This document shows positions 24,882 to 38,550 of a DNA stretch of 64,000 nucleotides, in pieces. Each line of letters begins with the position of its first letter. Positions within the stretch are counted from its first letter, which is position 1. The position numbers were made by a program, and so were the translations under genes. Origin of the DNA: Octopus sinensis (lineage: Eukaryota); assembly GCF_006345805.1 (NCBI RefSeq), contig NC_043012.1, positions 31,496,001-31,560,000 of the forward strand, written 5' to 3'. The notes beneath the pieces were generated by a model, which searched no databases, had not been told where the DNA came from, and saw nothing but the letters and a program-made list of their open reading frames with translations.

Positions 24882-25223
24882 AGTGGCACAGCAAAGTTAC
24901 CTCCGGCCTGTCTGCGACCGGACAGTTTCAGAGCTGGAAGCAACAATTCCGTCTAGAATAATAGCATCAACAAAAGCGACTGCAACAACAACGGACAAGA
25001 ACACACCCAAAGACGTCGTGACTACATCAATAGTAATGATATAACAATAGTCACTAATAAAACAACAGCAGCAACAACAATAGAACTAATGAATAGAGAG
25101 ACAAGAAAAAAAAAAAAAACAACAACTTCCGCTACCCAACCCAAACAATGTATTTTAATTAAAAAAGTTTAATCCCTCACTTTTAAAGTAATTTCTCTCT
25201 CTAATCAGTCCGATAAAGTTGTA

Positions 25224-25323
25224 NNNNNNNNNNNNNNNNNNNNNNNNNNNNNNNNNNNNNNNNNNNNNNNNNNNNNNNNNNNNNNNNNNNNNNNNNNNNN
25301 NNNNNNNNNNNNNNNNNNNNNNN
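25224..25323. other. Assembly gap (100 N)
   Basis: Run of N. Confidence 1.
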
Positions 25324-26793
25324 CAATCCCATGGTCATTCATGACCGAGGGGGTCTCAGACCTATAATATATATATATATATATATATATGCTGAGACCC
25401 CTTCGTTCATGAATGACCATGGGATTGCACCTAGAAAGTACCCTCCGAGGCACAAGTCTGGGCAAGGTTGTTTACGGAAGACCAGCAGTCACCCATGCAT
25501 ACCAGCCTCCCCTTACACAGTTGACAGTGACATCGAAGTTTCGGCCAGGTAAGCCATCGTCGGACTGTCAGCAACATTCTTCTGTAAGAATAATATATAT
25601 CTCATGAGCTGAAACTAGAATCAATCATATATATATATATATATTATTCTTAAAGAAGAATGTTGCTGTGTGTGTGTGTGTATACACATGGTGATGGCTG
25701 TTGATTTCCATTGTTCGATGTTAAGGATTCAACTTTTTAATCCACCCAATTAAGCCTGAATTAATGTGAATTATTTAACAGACATTTGCTACACAATGTG
25801 ATATTCAAGCTGACTCAGCCGAACACATTGTCTTTTGACATCGAAGTAACTTTTCAAATGCACACAATCCCTCTGTCTACCAACTTTCACTTGCAAGGAA
25901 TGAGTCAACGCGAGGCTATAAAAAATTGCATTTACTTAAAATCGAACGCTGAACATTGTAGTTGCAAAGGGAGCTTCTTAACGTTTTGCCAATCAAAATA
26001 TCGCGTCCAGAGACACCAACGTCATCGTTAATTATTCACTCATGCTGCACCTAGAGACACAGTTTGCTTTGCAATCACGAACCACGTGGTTTTGGTTTCT
26101 GTCCCACAGCCCAGACACCTTGTGCAAGTGCCTTTTATTATAACCCCTGACCGACTGTTGCCTTGTGAGTGAATTTGGGTGATGGAAACAGTATATAAGT
26201 ATAAGGTATGTTATGAGTATTTACAGAACACATTTACTATATAAACTCAACAAACAATTAAAGGTGCAGAAGAGATGTTAAAAGATTTTATAAAATTTTA
26301 ATCCATGCATACGATCGTTTCGAATAGCAACACTAACATATAAGAAACATAGAAAAAATTAAATTAATTACATATTACCATATCTCCTCAGTGCAAAAGA
26401 ATATATCAAAAAGAAAGTATTATGAGAATATTACATTGTTATAGAAGACTATATGGAGTCAGTGCCACACAACTCATTCGGATATTCATAATTTGATTAT
26501 GAAAGATGAAATATAAGAACACGGTTGGATAGTGTTGAGTCTAGTTGTGTAAGAACTAAAACTGATGTGATTAATGGATATTTGAAATATAAATGAAAAA
26601 TGCTACTTATGAAGATAAGTAGTATAGTGAAAAACATACCATATAAAGCATTTATCATAAGGATTAAATTATATTGACACACACACACACTCACATAATG
26701 AATCCAAACAAAGAACAAATCAGAAAAAACAATAACGCGAGAACGTGGTACAAGTACTGTATTATCAGACGTTCAGTAAAGGAAGGAAAGAGG

Positions 26794-26828
26794 ATTTAAC
26801 GTTTCGAGCTTTGCTCTTCTTCAGAAAT
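26794..26828 (-). ncRNA. Minimal type I hammerhead ribozyme motif
   Basis: ATTT-CTGAAGA-A-GAGC-AAA-GCTC-GAAA-C-GT-T-AAAT; all three stems pair and stem III is palindromic. Confidence 0.75.
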
Positions 26829-27853
26829 AGAGGAAAGTCGAAAGGAAGGGAAGAAAATTGCCAACGATACACACGCGGTTACATTTTGAAATGACCGGAA
26901 AGGAATGGGTGAAGAAAAAGTTCTTTCTAAAACAGGAGAGTGCAAGAGAAGGAGATATGTGTGAGTATGTGTAGGCATGTGTGCGCGTAAGAGTGTGTGT
27001 AATAATAGCACGTGTATGTGCGCATGTCTGTGTGTGTGCGTGTGAGGTTTTGGCTGTTTATATGTGTGTGTGTGTGAGTGGACTTTATATCGCTTCATAT
27101 CGTAGGAAGAATTTACTGTAGGAATTTTAAGTAGGAGGGGCTGTCTTGTGCGTAGGAGAATGGTCAGTAGAAAGGTGTTTAACTGGTAGTTTGAAGTATG
27201 TGTGTGTGCGTCTATGTATATGTTGTCTGTGTGTGTTTCGTGTGTGGTGTGCGTGTGTGTATTCTGTGTGTGCGTGTGTGTATGTGTGCGTGTGTGTGCA
27301 TGTGGGTGTATGTGTATGCGTGGGTTTGTGTGGGGGCTGTGTCTGTGGAGCAAATGTGCGTTACTCTGTGTGTGTGCGTGTTTGTGCGTGTCAGTATGAG
27401 TGTGTTGTGTGTGAGATATGTGTGCGGACATGTGCGAGTATGTGTATGTATGTGTTTGTGCGTGTGTATATGTGTGTGTGAGCGTGGAATTGTGCGTAAA
27501 GTTATGTGTGCCGTGTATGTGCGTGTCGTGCGCGTGTGTGGTGTGTGTGGGAGGTATATGTGAGGTATATGTGCATAGATGTGTGTGCGCGTGGGTGTAT
27601 GTGTATAACGTGCACGTACCTACACATTCGTGTATATATATGCATATACACATGTGTATCCATATAAATAAATAGGCGTCCATTGGGACAGTATAGCTAT
27701 ATTTAAATTTATATATATATATCAGCCGAAATTGCGAAGATGATCTGGTTCTTGACTGATGACTGAGAGCTTCGAAAGTCCCGTCTGTGTGTTTTTTTGT
27801 CGTCTTCAAAATGTTTCACGTTCTTGTCCCAGTTTGTGTTTTTTTAACGTTTA

Positions 27854-27891
<38 letters not shown>

Positions 27892-28026
27892 CTTATAATA
27901 TTATAAACCCATCAGATCAACGTATATTGCTTATTTGTAACTGAATGTAAAAACAACACTAATAATATATATATAATATATTATAATTACTATATATATA
28001 TATATAATATTATATATATATATATT

Positions 28027-28057
<31 letters not shown>

Positions 28058-28529
28058 ATATATGTATATATATGTATATATACACGATATGTATATGTAT
28101 GTATCTATATATGTGCATATATGTGGTGTGTTCCCCCGAAAATATAAGGACACAGTATTATATATATATAGGCACACACACGCTTGTTCGTAGGCACAAA
28201 AATATAGCATCAAACTTCTGTATGTGTGCACACATACAGTCAGAAGTTCCTCATTCGGAATGAGACAAGTTACTTTGAGCTGTGACTCTATAACACCAAC
28301 ATAAAACTTTTACTCTGCATATGTATTGAGTACTCCTTCTTTCTTTCTTTCTTTCTTTCTCCCGCTTTAAGTCGTTTTTCTACATACGTTAGCTATACCT
28401 AATTCTCCGTATGTGTACATATATACGTGAGGGCGTACACAAAGGGCGCCCGTGTCTATATAGATATGTGTTTGTCTGAAACTATAAAGATTTTATTATA
28501 CATAGGTGCAGACATAATAGTGAGGTAAA

Positions 28530-28630
28530 AAGTTTCCTTCCCAACAACATAATCCTGGTTTCAGTCCTACTGCGCGACACCTTGGTTATGTGTCTACAAC
28601 CATAGCTACGGACCGACCAAAGCCTATCTG

Positions 28631-28719
<89 letters not shown>

Positions 28720-28945
28720 ATATCTATCTACCTATCTATCTATCTATCTATCTGTGTTTTTTCTGTCTCCCCTTGACAAACGGTGCTGGTTTGCTTATGC
28801 CCTCGTAATTTAACGGCTCGACAAAAGGGTCCGATAGAATTAATACAAAACTTTAAAAAATTTAATACTGGGGTCAATTTGTTTGACTGAAAAAAACCCC
28901 ATTCATAGTAGTGCCCCAGCTTGACCAAAGTCCAGTGCCTGAAAC
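28530..28945 (+). mobile_element. Diverged SINE family B copy with internal (TCTA)n
   Basis: GGTTTCAGTCCTACTGCGCGACACCTTGG...GACCGACCAAAGCC head; ...CCGATAGAAT...GTGCCCCAGC tail. Confidence 0.6.
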
Positions 28946-29242
28946 AAAGCCTTCGACTCGTCGGACTTCCTAGAGTATACCAAACGCCGTATGATCGATA
29001 CAACGCGCGATGTGGACCAGCCCCTAGGCATTAAATACACGTCGCGGTAGATTTTCTCTCTACAACCTAAATATCAGCCTGGATTACTTCTGTACCCAGT
29101 ATATTGATCCGACTAACGGTGGTACTTACAGGTTAAATCACCTCAACCTGGTGCATACTATATAAGTACCCGATTCTCTCCAGAACACTTCATAATGTGT
29201 GTCTGTGCATGTATGTGTGTGTGTGTGTACATATGTATATAG

Positions 29243-29309
<67 letters not shown>

Positions 29310-29507
29310 GTATGGATCTCTTCCTGTCAGGTGTCCCAGATGAACCAACTTCTCGACAGGAGGTGCAGATGAGGGCAGCTGCATCGAACTCTCTCATGCA
29401 CCAAATGACAATTGCTAAAAAGCTTCGTGAAGTAAAATCATGTAGCAACACCAAATGGCGGTGCCCCAGCATGGCCACAGCTCGTGAGCTGAACTAGAGA
29501 AAATAAA

Positions 29508-29550
<43 letters not shown>

Positions 29551-29574
29551 TATATATATACACACATATATATG

Positions 29575-29975
29575 TATGTATGTATGTATGATGTATGTAT
29601 GTAGTATGTATGCATGCATGTATGTATGTATGTATGTATTATGTATGTATGCATGCATGTATGTATGTAGTATGTATGTATGTTATGTATGTATGTATGT
29701 ATGTATGTATGTATGCATGCATGTATGTATGTATGTATGTATGTATGTTGTATGTATGTATGATGTATGTATGTATGTATGTTAATTTTGCATGTATGTA
29801 TGTATGTATGTATGTAGTATGCATGCATGCATGTATGTATGTATGTATGTATGTATGTATGTATGTATGTATGTATGTATGCATGATGATGTATGTATGT
29901 ATGTATGTATGTATGTAGTATGTAGTATGCATGTATGTATATATGTATGTATGTATATGTATGTATGTATATACA
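29575..29975. repeat. (TATG)n microsatellite
   Basis: Directly visible. Confidence 0.95.
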
Positions 29976-29984
29976 TCTTTTGTT

Positions 29985-30330
29985 TGTTTCAGTCATTGGA
30001 CTGCAGCCATGGTGTGACACAACCTAGAAGGATTTTAGTCGAACAAATCAACACCAGTGTTTATTTGTTTTGTAAGTCTGCTACTTACTCTATCGTGGAC
30101 ATAAACACATGAGCTCCAGTTGTCAAGCGATGTTGAGAGACCAACACAAACACAAAGTCTCTCTCTTTCTCGCACGCACACACATGTGAGGGCTTCTTTC
30201 AGTTTCCCTCAATAAATCTACTCGCAAGCTTTTGGCTTGAATGGAGCTATAGTATAAAACACTTGCCCAAGGTGCCATGCAGTAGGGCTGGATCTAGAAC
30301 CATGTGGTTAGGAAGCGAACATGTTACCAC
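29985..30330 (-). mobile_element. Diverged SINE family B copy
   Basis: TTGTTTCAGTCATTGGACTGCAGCCATG tail and ACACTTGCCCAAGGTGCCATGCAG head. Confidence 0.7.
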
Positions 30331-30400
30331 TCATTCACGCCTGACATGCATACATGCCTACATACATACATACATACATACATACATACATACATACATA

Positions 30401-31250
30401 CTGCACACCCTTCTATTTGCCGACGATGTCAAACTGGTCGCTCCTCGCGGTGATATAGAGGATCTTCGTCGATGCCTCCACCAAATTTGGAGATGGTCTA
30501 ACGAATGGGACCTGTGTCTGAACGTGTCAAAGTGCTGTCATCTGCTTGTTGGCTCTCCTCCTGCAACTCAACTTGATTTCGAGCCGGGTCGTCTGCTGCT
30601 GGAGAGGTCCGATCAGGTAAAAGACCTGGGTATCTTGGTGGATTCCTCCTATTCGCCTTCGGCCCAGTGCGTCCATGCTGCCAACAAAGCACGCGGAGTT
30701 CTGTTCTTGATTCGATGGTCATTCGGAATGCTCACAGCAGCCATATTCCTATGTCACACTGGTGAGATCCATATTGGAGTACGGGATTCAAGCCTCTTCT
30801 CCTTATCTCCTCAAAGACATACAGCATCTCGAAACAGTCCAGAAGCTAGCTACCCGCATGGTTCTTGGTCTCAAGAATTTGTCTTTTGAAGAAAGGCTGA
30901 AGACGCTCGACCTTTATTCTCTAGAAAAACGACGACGCCGTGGTGATCTCATTCTTGCTCACAACATCATAAGCGGAAAGTATAACCTCTCGAAGGAGCT
31001 GTTCTTCACTCCTGCTCTATCTGCGACGATTTCATCTCAATCGAAGGAGAGGGGCTTTCTCCGTCCGGGTTGCGGATCCGTGGAATAAGCTGCCGGACGA
31101 GATGGTGAAGATGCCGACGACCGCTCGGTTCAAAGTCCCCCTTGACCACAAGTGGCCTGAAATCTTTACATGAACACCACCCTGTACATAACTCCATGTC
31201 CCCCTACATGGCCTTGCTTTTTTGCTTTTTGAGCCAAAAAATTAACTCCG
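30401..31250 (+). mobile_element. 5'-truncated CR1-type LINE remnant
   Basis: LLFADDVKL, KDLGILVD, RSILEYG, EERLKTLDLYSLEKRRRRGDLI and WNKLP motifs with frameshifts. Confidence 0.88.
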
Positions 31251-31913
31251 ATCACGTGGTGAGAGAAAAGAGTGGGGTAGAGAAAGAGGGATAGAAGAAT
31301 CAAGGAGGGGCGAGAAGAAAATGAAAGGGACAGAGTAAAGTGAAGGAGGAGGGAAGGTGGGCATGAAGAGGAGGCCAGGTAATGTGAGAGGGGAAACGAA
31401 AGAACGAAGAGTGGAATGAACGAAGTAAGTGTGAAGGGGCTGACAGAAAGAAGGAAGAATCAAGAATAGAAAGAATAATAGAGTCGTACAGTATATATAT
31501 ATATATATATTATATATATATATATATATTATATATATATATTTATATATTAATTAATAAGGGTGAGAGAATTAGATACTAATTTAATAGTATATCTATT
31601 CAACACCAAGTGGCCCAGTGCCTCGAGAAACCTGGATTATTATAATATTTTATAATATATTATAATATTATATACAAAAATAAATATAAGAGAATGGTCA
31701 CTATGTGGCTCATTCTAGCACTAGTAAATCCAAAAGGTTTCAACCACAAAAATACATGTTTCCCATGAAAGTCAGTACGATTGTTAGCTCACACGAACAG
31801 GGCAAATAAAAAATAACAAAAATACAGATTATTTTGGGACAATTGTTTCGCTATTAATGAATTAAATGTAATTTTACTTACAAAAATCCACTTGTAGCTC
31901 CTCAGCCAGATAG

Positions 31914-31994
31914 TTTTGGCTGAGGAGCTACAAGTGGGTTTTTTGTAAGTAAAATTACATTTAATTCATTAATAGCGAAACAATTGTCCCAAAA
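31914..31994 (+). ncRNA. Type I hammerhead ribozyme motif with large stem II loop
   Basis: TTTTGG-CTGAGGA-GCTA..TAGC-GAAA-CAATTG-TC-CCAAAA: 6 bp stem I, G10.1-C11.1 pair, palindromic stem III, GUC triplet (cut after 31988); inverted partner at 31832-31908. Confidence 0.85.
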
Positions 31995-32139
31995 TAATCT
32001 GTATTTTTGTTATTTTTTATTTGCCCTGTTCGTGTGAGCTAACAATCGTACTGACTTTCATGGGAAACATGTATTTTTGTGGTTGAAACCTTTTGGATTT
32101 ACTAGTGCTAGAATGAGCCACATAGTGACCATTCTCTTA

Positions 32140-32170
<31 letters not shown>

Positions 32171-33091
32171 TACTTACATATAAGGGACCAAAGTGTACAT
32201 ACACCACTATTTATTATATATATAAAAAATACAAAAATGGGACAGGAACGCAAAACATCCAGACAGACGATACAAAGAAAACAAGGATGGGTCATTCGGA
32301 GTTTTCTTTCTTCATTCGAGTTCCAGATTATCTATGCAATTTCGGCTGGTTATACACAAGATTGCTCCAATCTGGCCAGCCCCAAGGAAAAACTAAGCTA
32401 AGAGCACTTCGTAGAAATACAAAACCTGGCTAAAATGGATCGTCACGGCTGGAGCGCACCTCAAATCAATTACGACTGATTTGAGGCTGCAGAATAACAA
32501 TAGACAGTTTACATGAGAACTAAAAGTTATATGGAATATGTACATTATCGATTTCTGCTCTTCAAACACCACCGTATGCATATATCAATATGGGACACAC
32601 ACATATAGTACACCTGTGCGCACACAAGCACACACCACACACACACGCACATGCACATATACACACACATACGCACATGCACACATACACGCACGCACTC
32701 CATTATAAGTCGAAATCGTTTGCTCGCTCTCTGCATTTAAATACATACAATTTAATACGAACAAACACGTGCTTTTGTACAGCCGACAGACACATACACG
32801 CACGCACACACCTCACAAACGCACGCACACACCTCACACACGCACGCACACACCTCACACACAAACGCACATAGACAGACACACAGAGACACACATACAC
32901 ATCCAGGCCGCGGAAATATTCTTTCAACGGTCCAAGTTGCAGAAGTTGCATGAATATTTATAATTAAATGAATATGAAACATCATTTCTGTTTGCATATT
33001 TATATTCATAGAGTTGGCCACAATGACTAAGCCAACACGAAGAACTCAGAACACATGAGAATTTTAGAAAAATACAGATTAAGACACACGC

Positions 33092-33129
<38 letters not shown>

Positions 33130-33372
33130 TTATTTATCCACATATTTGTACACAGGGATACACACACGCACAGAGGAGCATATACTATTTTGCATGTATT
33201 TTTATATGAATATATAAATTTTGTATTTCTATATCTATCGGTAAGTTTGTCTTTCTACCAATTTATCTAGCTGGCTCTCAGTCTCCCTAGCTACTGATCT
33301 CTCTCTCTCTCGCTCCTCTATCTATCTGTCTATCTATCTATAATAGTGGTTTTTATCTCTAATTCATATTTG

Positions 33373-33416
<44 letters not shown>

Positions 33417-33482
33417 CATATACATACAATACATACATATACATACATACATATATATATTACACATATACATACATACATA

Positions 33483-33538
<56 letters not shown>

Positions 33539-33618
33539 CATACATACATATACATACACACATATATATATATATATATAAATCTCAATGTCAGTATTAC
33601 ATATTCATCACGACTGAT

Positions 33619-33701
33619 CTTACCAATCGATTTCGCGCAAGGAATACAATGGAGTGTTAGGCAACAATCCGATTATATAACCTTACGCTCATCAGAGTTA
33701 G
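33619..33701 (-). ncRNA. Type I hammerhead-like motif
   Basis: CTAACT-CTGATGA-GCGTAAGG..CCTTGCGC-GAAA-TCGAT-T-GGTAAG; 8 bp stem II, palindromic ATCGAT stem III, stem I with one mismatch. Confidence 0.65.
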
Positions 33702-33813
33702 CCGATATGGAAGGGAATATGGCTATTGTTGAAGATGGATTAACACATCCAGTTTGCGGCTGCTGTGAAACGAAGAATGGGCCAGAGGATTAGGCTAGGA
33801 GCTATACCCCTTG

Positions 33814-33863
<50 letters not shown>

Positions 33864-34049
33864 AGAAACTTATATATAAATTTATATAAATAAGGATAAT
33901 ATCGATATTTAAATACCAATCTTATCAGGTGGGCAGCATGGGAATAAAAACCTTCAAAGGTAATAATTATTATTAAAATTATAATTTAGGGTACTTAAGA
34001 GATACCACCACGCTGGAAATAGCAACCAAAACTTGACTCTGAAACCACA

Positions 34050-34087
<38 letters not shown>

Positions 34088-34656
34088 GAAATCTAAACAA
34101 GAAGAAAAAGAAACACTTAAACATATCTTTAACACATCTTTAATGATCAGCACAGAATAAAAACTTTCACTGATAGAACATACTTTGATCGCATCCAATT
34201 GCTGTCACCTACTAGCTCAACTAGTAATTCTTCTCTGGTTAACTTAATACAAAATTCCTGATAATTTTTGTTAAAGAGAGTTTTAAATATATTCAACTAA
34301 TCTTAAATTAATTATATATCACAATTATGAAATTTTACACAGGTGGTGTTAATCTAAATGAACCAACTCTTGATTATAAAGTTTGAGCTATGTCAGTAAT
34401 TTATGATTATATGTAATGATTCTTTGGTAGTTGGAAAAGGTGTTGTTCTTGAATATGTTGCTCTCAAAGATTGTTTTAGCTGATCGTGTATATACATGCC
34501 ACCTGGATTTACTATGTCTTCGTGTATAATGACCTTTTATTGATTAATTTCTTAATTGCCGTGGATTTATTCTTTGTTGTTTATTCATCAATTGTTTCTC
34601 TCTCTCACTCGATATATATATATGTTTATATATATATACGCACACATACACACACA

Positions 34657-34723
<67 letters not shown>

Positions 34724-34730
34724 CACACAC

Positions 34731-34761
<31 letters not shown>

Positions 34762-35002
34762 GTATGTGTGTATATACGTATACATAGAGTTGCCCGCATT
34801 TCAGTTCAACTTTCTGTAGCAAGTAGATTAAACGAGGATTTCAGTATATTGGCTTTAGAAAACTTTCTTTAGCCTTTGCTTATGAGATATGTACATAAAC
34901 GCATAGATATAAATGTATGCGTCTGTATTGCTAGCCACTACACCTTTTTCTATTTTTTCTCCCTGTTTATTTCTGTGTTCCTTTCTGTCAAAGAGAATAG
35001 GC

Positions 35003-35155
<153 letters not shown>

Positions 35156-35670
35156 ATAAATGTAAGATCCCGGGATCGAGGTGAAGGAAGGAAGGTAATT
35201 TCGAGCAATCCGTAGTGAATATAAAAAAAACAACTCCAAGGAGCAATAGTCTTTTATTGAGACGGAAGGTTGTGGGTTTTTTTTTCCGAAAAGCGATGAG
35301 CTAAATAAAAGTTCTTTTTATATCCCTCGGTAGGCAGCCAAGGTTGCCGAGTGTTCGGAATAGAATACAAGAGTTAAGGAATGGTGTATAGAAAATCCGG
35401 GCTACATATGTTTCATAGCGAATGGAACCTCAGAAGTGAGGTGTATATCGCCGGCTACTCTTGAGGCCAGGGATATCAGGATTAGGTGAAAAGCTACATG
35501 TTGACGCAAAGGTTCGTCAGAATGTGTTGAGGGTACAGTATGTAAGGGGTGTATAAATGAAGGGAGAAATAAGTAAGAGAAGGGAATAAATAAATAAATA
35601 AATAAAATAAAATATAGATGACTGAGAGAAAGGAGGAGGTGGACGGGTCGGTGGTAGATAATACAGTATA

Positions 35671-37249
35671 CAGTTGCGGCCAAAATGTCCAGAACGGCAT
35701 TGTTTTCGTCAGAAAAGTAGGTATAGGTTTTTATTAAAGTTGTTTTATATTCTATAATTTTCACAGACAATAAATACCATATAATTTGTTATTGTCTGAG
35801 ATTTTGGTGTAATTTGAGAGGATGATAAAAAAGTTATGGATGATATCGTGATTTACTGCAAAACCCATGGCGGCCAAAATGATCAGAACGGTTGTTTTAG
35901 TATATTTAACCGCCGAACTCTAATGTTTTGAATTTGTTTACGTGACAGTTCGTTTACTAAACATTAGTAAGAATATCTGCAGTGTACTTTGTTAATATAA
36001 TGCCACTTACTCCGTTACCAATTCGTCAGCAGATTATTAAGCTTCGAAAGAAGGATAGTTTAAGTATTGGGTCTATTGCAAAGATTGTTAACAAGTGAAA
36101 AAGTGTTGTTCACGGTATTCTTAAGGTCTACGATGATTGTGGTTCGTGTGAAGCAAGAAAGTCTACAGGTAGGCCAAGAAAAACGACCAAGAGAGAAGAT
36201 CGTGCTATGGTAAAGTTGGTTAAAAAGGACAGATTTAAAACTGCTGCTGCTGTTTCTCGGGAAATGAGCATTGTACTGAAGAAAACTTTATCTCGAAAAA
36301 ACTGTGTCTCGTCGTTTAGTTGAACATGAGCACCTGCAGTGAAGCCACTGATCAGCTCCAAGAAAAAAAAAGTGTCGCCTTACCTTTGCAACCGAACCTG
36401 TGTTGTGGTCTCAACGGTGCATTTCAGTGATGAATTTATGTCTATGTTATTTGGCTCAGATGAGAAAAGGTACGTTCGTCGAAAAGCAGGTGAAAAATTG
36501 TCACCTAAATGTCTTCCTCGGTGGAGGAAGTGTCATGGTTTGGGGGATGATATCTGGAGATGGTGTGGGCCCTTTGGTGCGATTACATGGAAAGGTAAAT
36601 GCAGGAGTTTATAAACAACTTGTAAAAGATCATGTCTTGCCTGTGCTGAGAAATTCAACTAAGCGACCACCCATATTCATGCAGGACAATGCCCCATGTC
36701 ACAAGGCTAAGGTGGTCATGAACTTCCTCAAAGCTGAAAAGGTTATTGTTATGGATTGGCCTGCTCAAAGCCCAGACCTCAATCCTATTGAAAATGTGTG
36801 GAATATTCTAGGAGAACGTTTGAAAGCCAGAAATCCTAAAACAACCGAGCAATTATGGAATGACCTTCAAGAAGAATGGAATAAGATCACCCCGCAAGAA
36901 ATTGAAAATTTAATTTTCCCATGCAGTCAAAAATGTCAAACTTTGATTGAAGCTAAAGGGCTTCACATTAAATATGAAATAATTCCAGCATTCTCTGTCA
37001 CTTTTTGATTATTTTGTTATTTTTTCAACCGTTCTGATCATTTTGGCCACCATAGGTTTTGCAGTAAATCACTAAATCATCCATAACTTTTGTATTATCC
37101 TCTCAAATTACACCAAAATCTCTGACAATACCAATTAATATTGCATTTATTGTCTGTGAAAATTATAGAATATAAAATACCTGTAATAAAAACTTATACC
37201 TACTTTTCTAACAAAAGCAATGCCGTTCTGAACATTTTGGCCGCAACTG
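35671..37249 (+). mobile_element. Tc1-family DNA transposon, full length, with ~223 bp TIRs
   Basis: TA-CAGTTGCGGCC...GGCCGCAACTG-TA; TIRs 35671-35893 and 37026-37249 with repeated GGCCAAAATG..CAGAACGG at both ends of each TIR. Confidence 0.95.
36000..37008 (+). pseudogene. Tc1 DD34E transposase, disrupted
   Basis: MPLTPLPIRQQII...(stop)...GRPRKTT; FSDE; GGSVMVWG; QDNAPCH...WPAQSPDLNPIE with 34 residues between D and E; stop and frameshifts in the 5' half. Confidence 0.92.
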
Positions 37250-38274
37250 TATATAAGCCATTTACTACATGTGTGTGTATATGAATGGGTGTCTGTATCT
37301 GTAGCATAAATATATTTATATACCCTTAAGTAATTTTGATAACGTATATTTGTGTCTATTTTCCCCATAAATACGTAAGCATACGCACACACACAAACAC
37401 GCACAGACACACATACGCACAAACACATACACACACTCACACAAACACATACACACTCACATGTGCACACAAACACATACACACACTCACACAAGCACAC
37501 ATACACACTCACATGTGCACACACACATCCTCGTGCACACACACACGCGTACACACGTTGCATTAATTAGGTAGATAATACGCATAGTTTTCGATGTGTG
37601 TAACTTAGAATGTTTTATTTAACGCTTTGTTGAATACTGATACAGTATTTTAATGAATTACAGAACAACTCACAGTTTGTGAGAAGATATAATTGCGAAC
37701 ATGTATTAAATAATGTACACATACATGCACACACACACATATGGATTGTGTGTGTGCAAATATATATATGTATAAGTATGTATATATATATATATATATA
37801 AAAGGATAAAATCTTTATAAGAATTCATCAATTAGTTAGCGTGAAAAGCCTCATAAGGGAAAAATCCATAAATTATTCCTCTTAAATATATCTATTTATA
37901 TTAAGGGCATTACTATTCATAAAGGCCTCACGCTAGGAGGGACTCTTAATATAATATAGATATAAAAATATAAATATAAATATTAATATGTATATTATAT
38001 ATATATAATATATATATATATATATCCATGTTCTTATATATTATATATATATATATTATATATATATATATTATATATATAATAATATATATATATATAT
38101 ATATATAATAATATACATAGATATTTTTTATCTTATTACGCAAAAAATTCTTATATACACAGAACAAAGTTGAACCCTTTATTCGCAAAACTACCGAATC
38201 TGGAACTTAACTATGGCCTGTCTATAGCATTTATTCAGCATTACCTGACACCTTTGGGTCTCAATGACACCATT

Positions 38275-38308
<34 letters not shown>

Positions 38309-38392
38309 GGTCCCGGGTTGATTCGGGGTTAACCACAGTAAATAAGGTACTCAATACATAGTAGAGTAAAATTAATTTATTATATAGAAGGA

Positions 38393-38441
38393 GCTTCTAC
38401 AGGACTAGAACTGTTTCATTCAAGAGAAATCTTCAGGAAGC
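38393..38441 (-). ncRNA. Type I hammerhead-like motif inside a palindrome
   Basis: GCTTC-CTGAAGA-TTTC(TCTT)GAAT-GAAA-CAG(TTCTAGTC)CTG-TA-GAAGC; stems I and III perfect, first stem II pair is T-T. Confidence 0.65.
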
Positions 38442-38495
38442 TCCTGAAGATTTCTCTGAATGAAACAGTTCTAGTCCTGTAGAAGTCCTTCTATA

Positions 38496-38550
<55 letters not shown>

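Noticed and set aside
25324-25427. 36 bp inverted repeat around (TA)n
   Set aside because: It begins exactly at the gap edge and mirrors the adjacent repeat head; most likely a contig-end artefact.
27752-27790. CTGATGA...GAAA motif
   Set aside because: Stem II and stem III do not pair convincingly.
35395-35525. Hammerhead-like halves (GAAACATATGTA; CTGACGA/CTGAGG, minus strand)
   Set aside because: I could not form stems I and II consistently; at best a degenerate relic.
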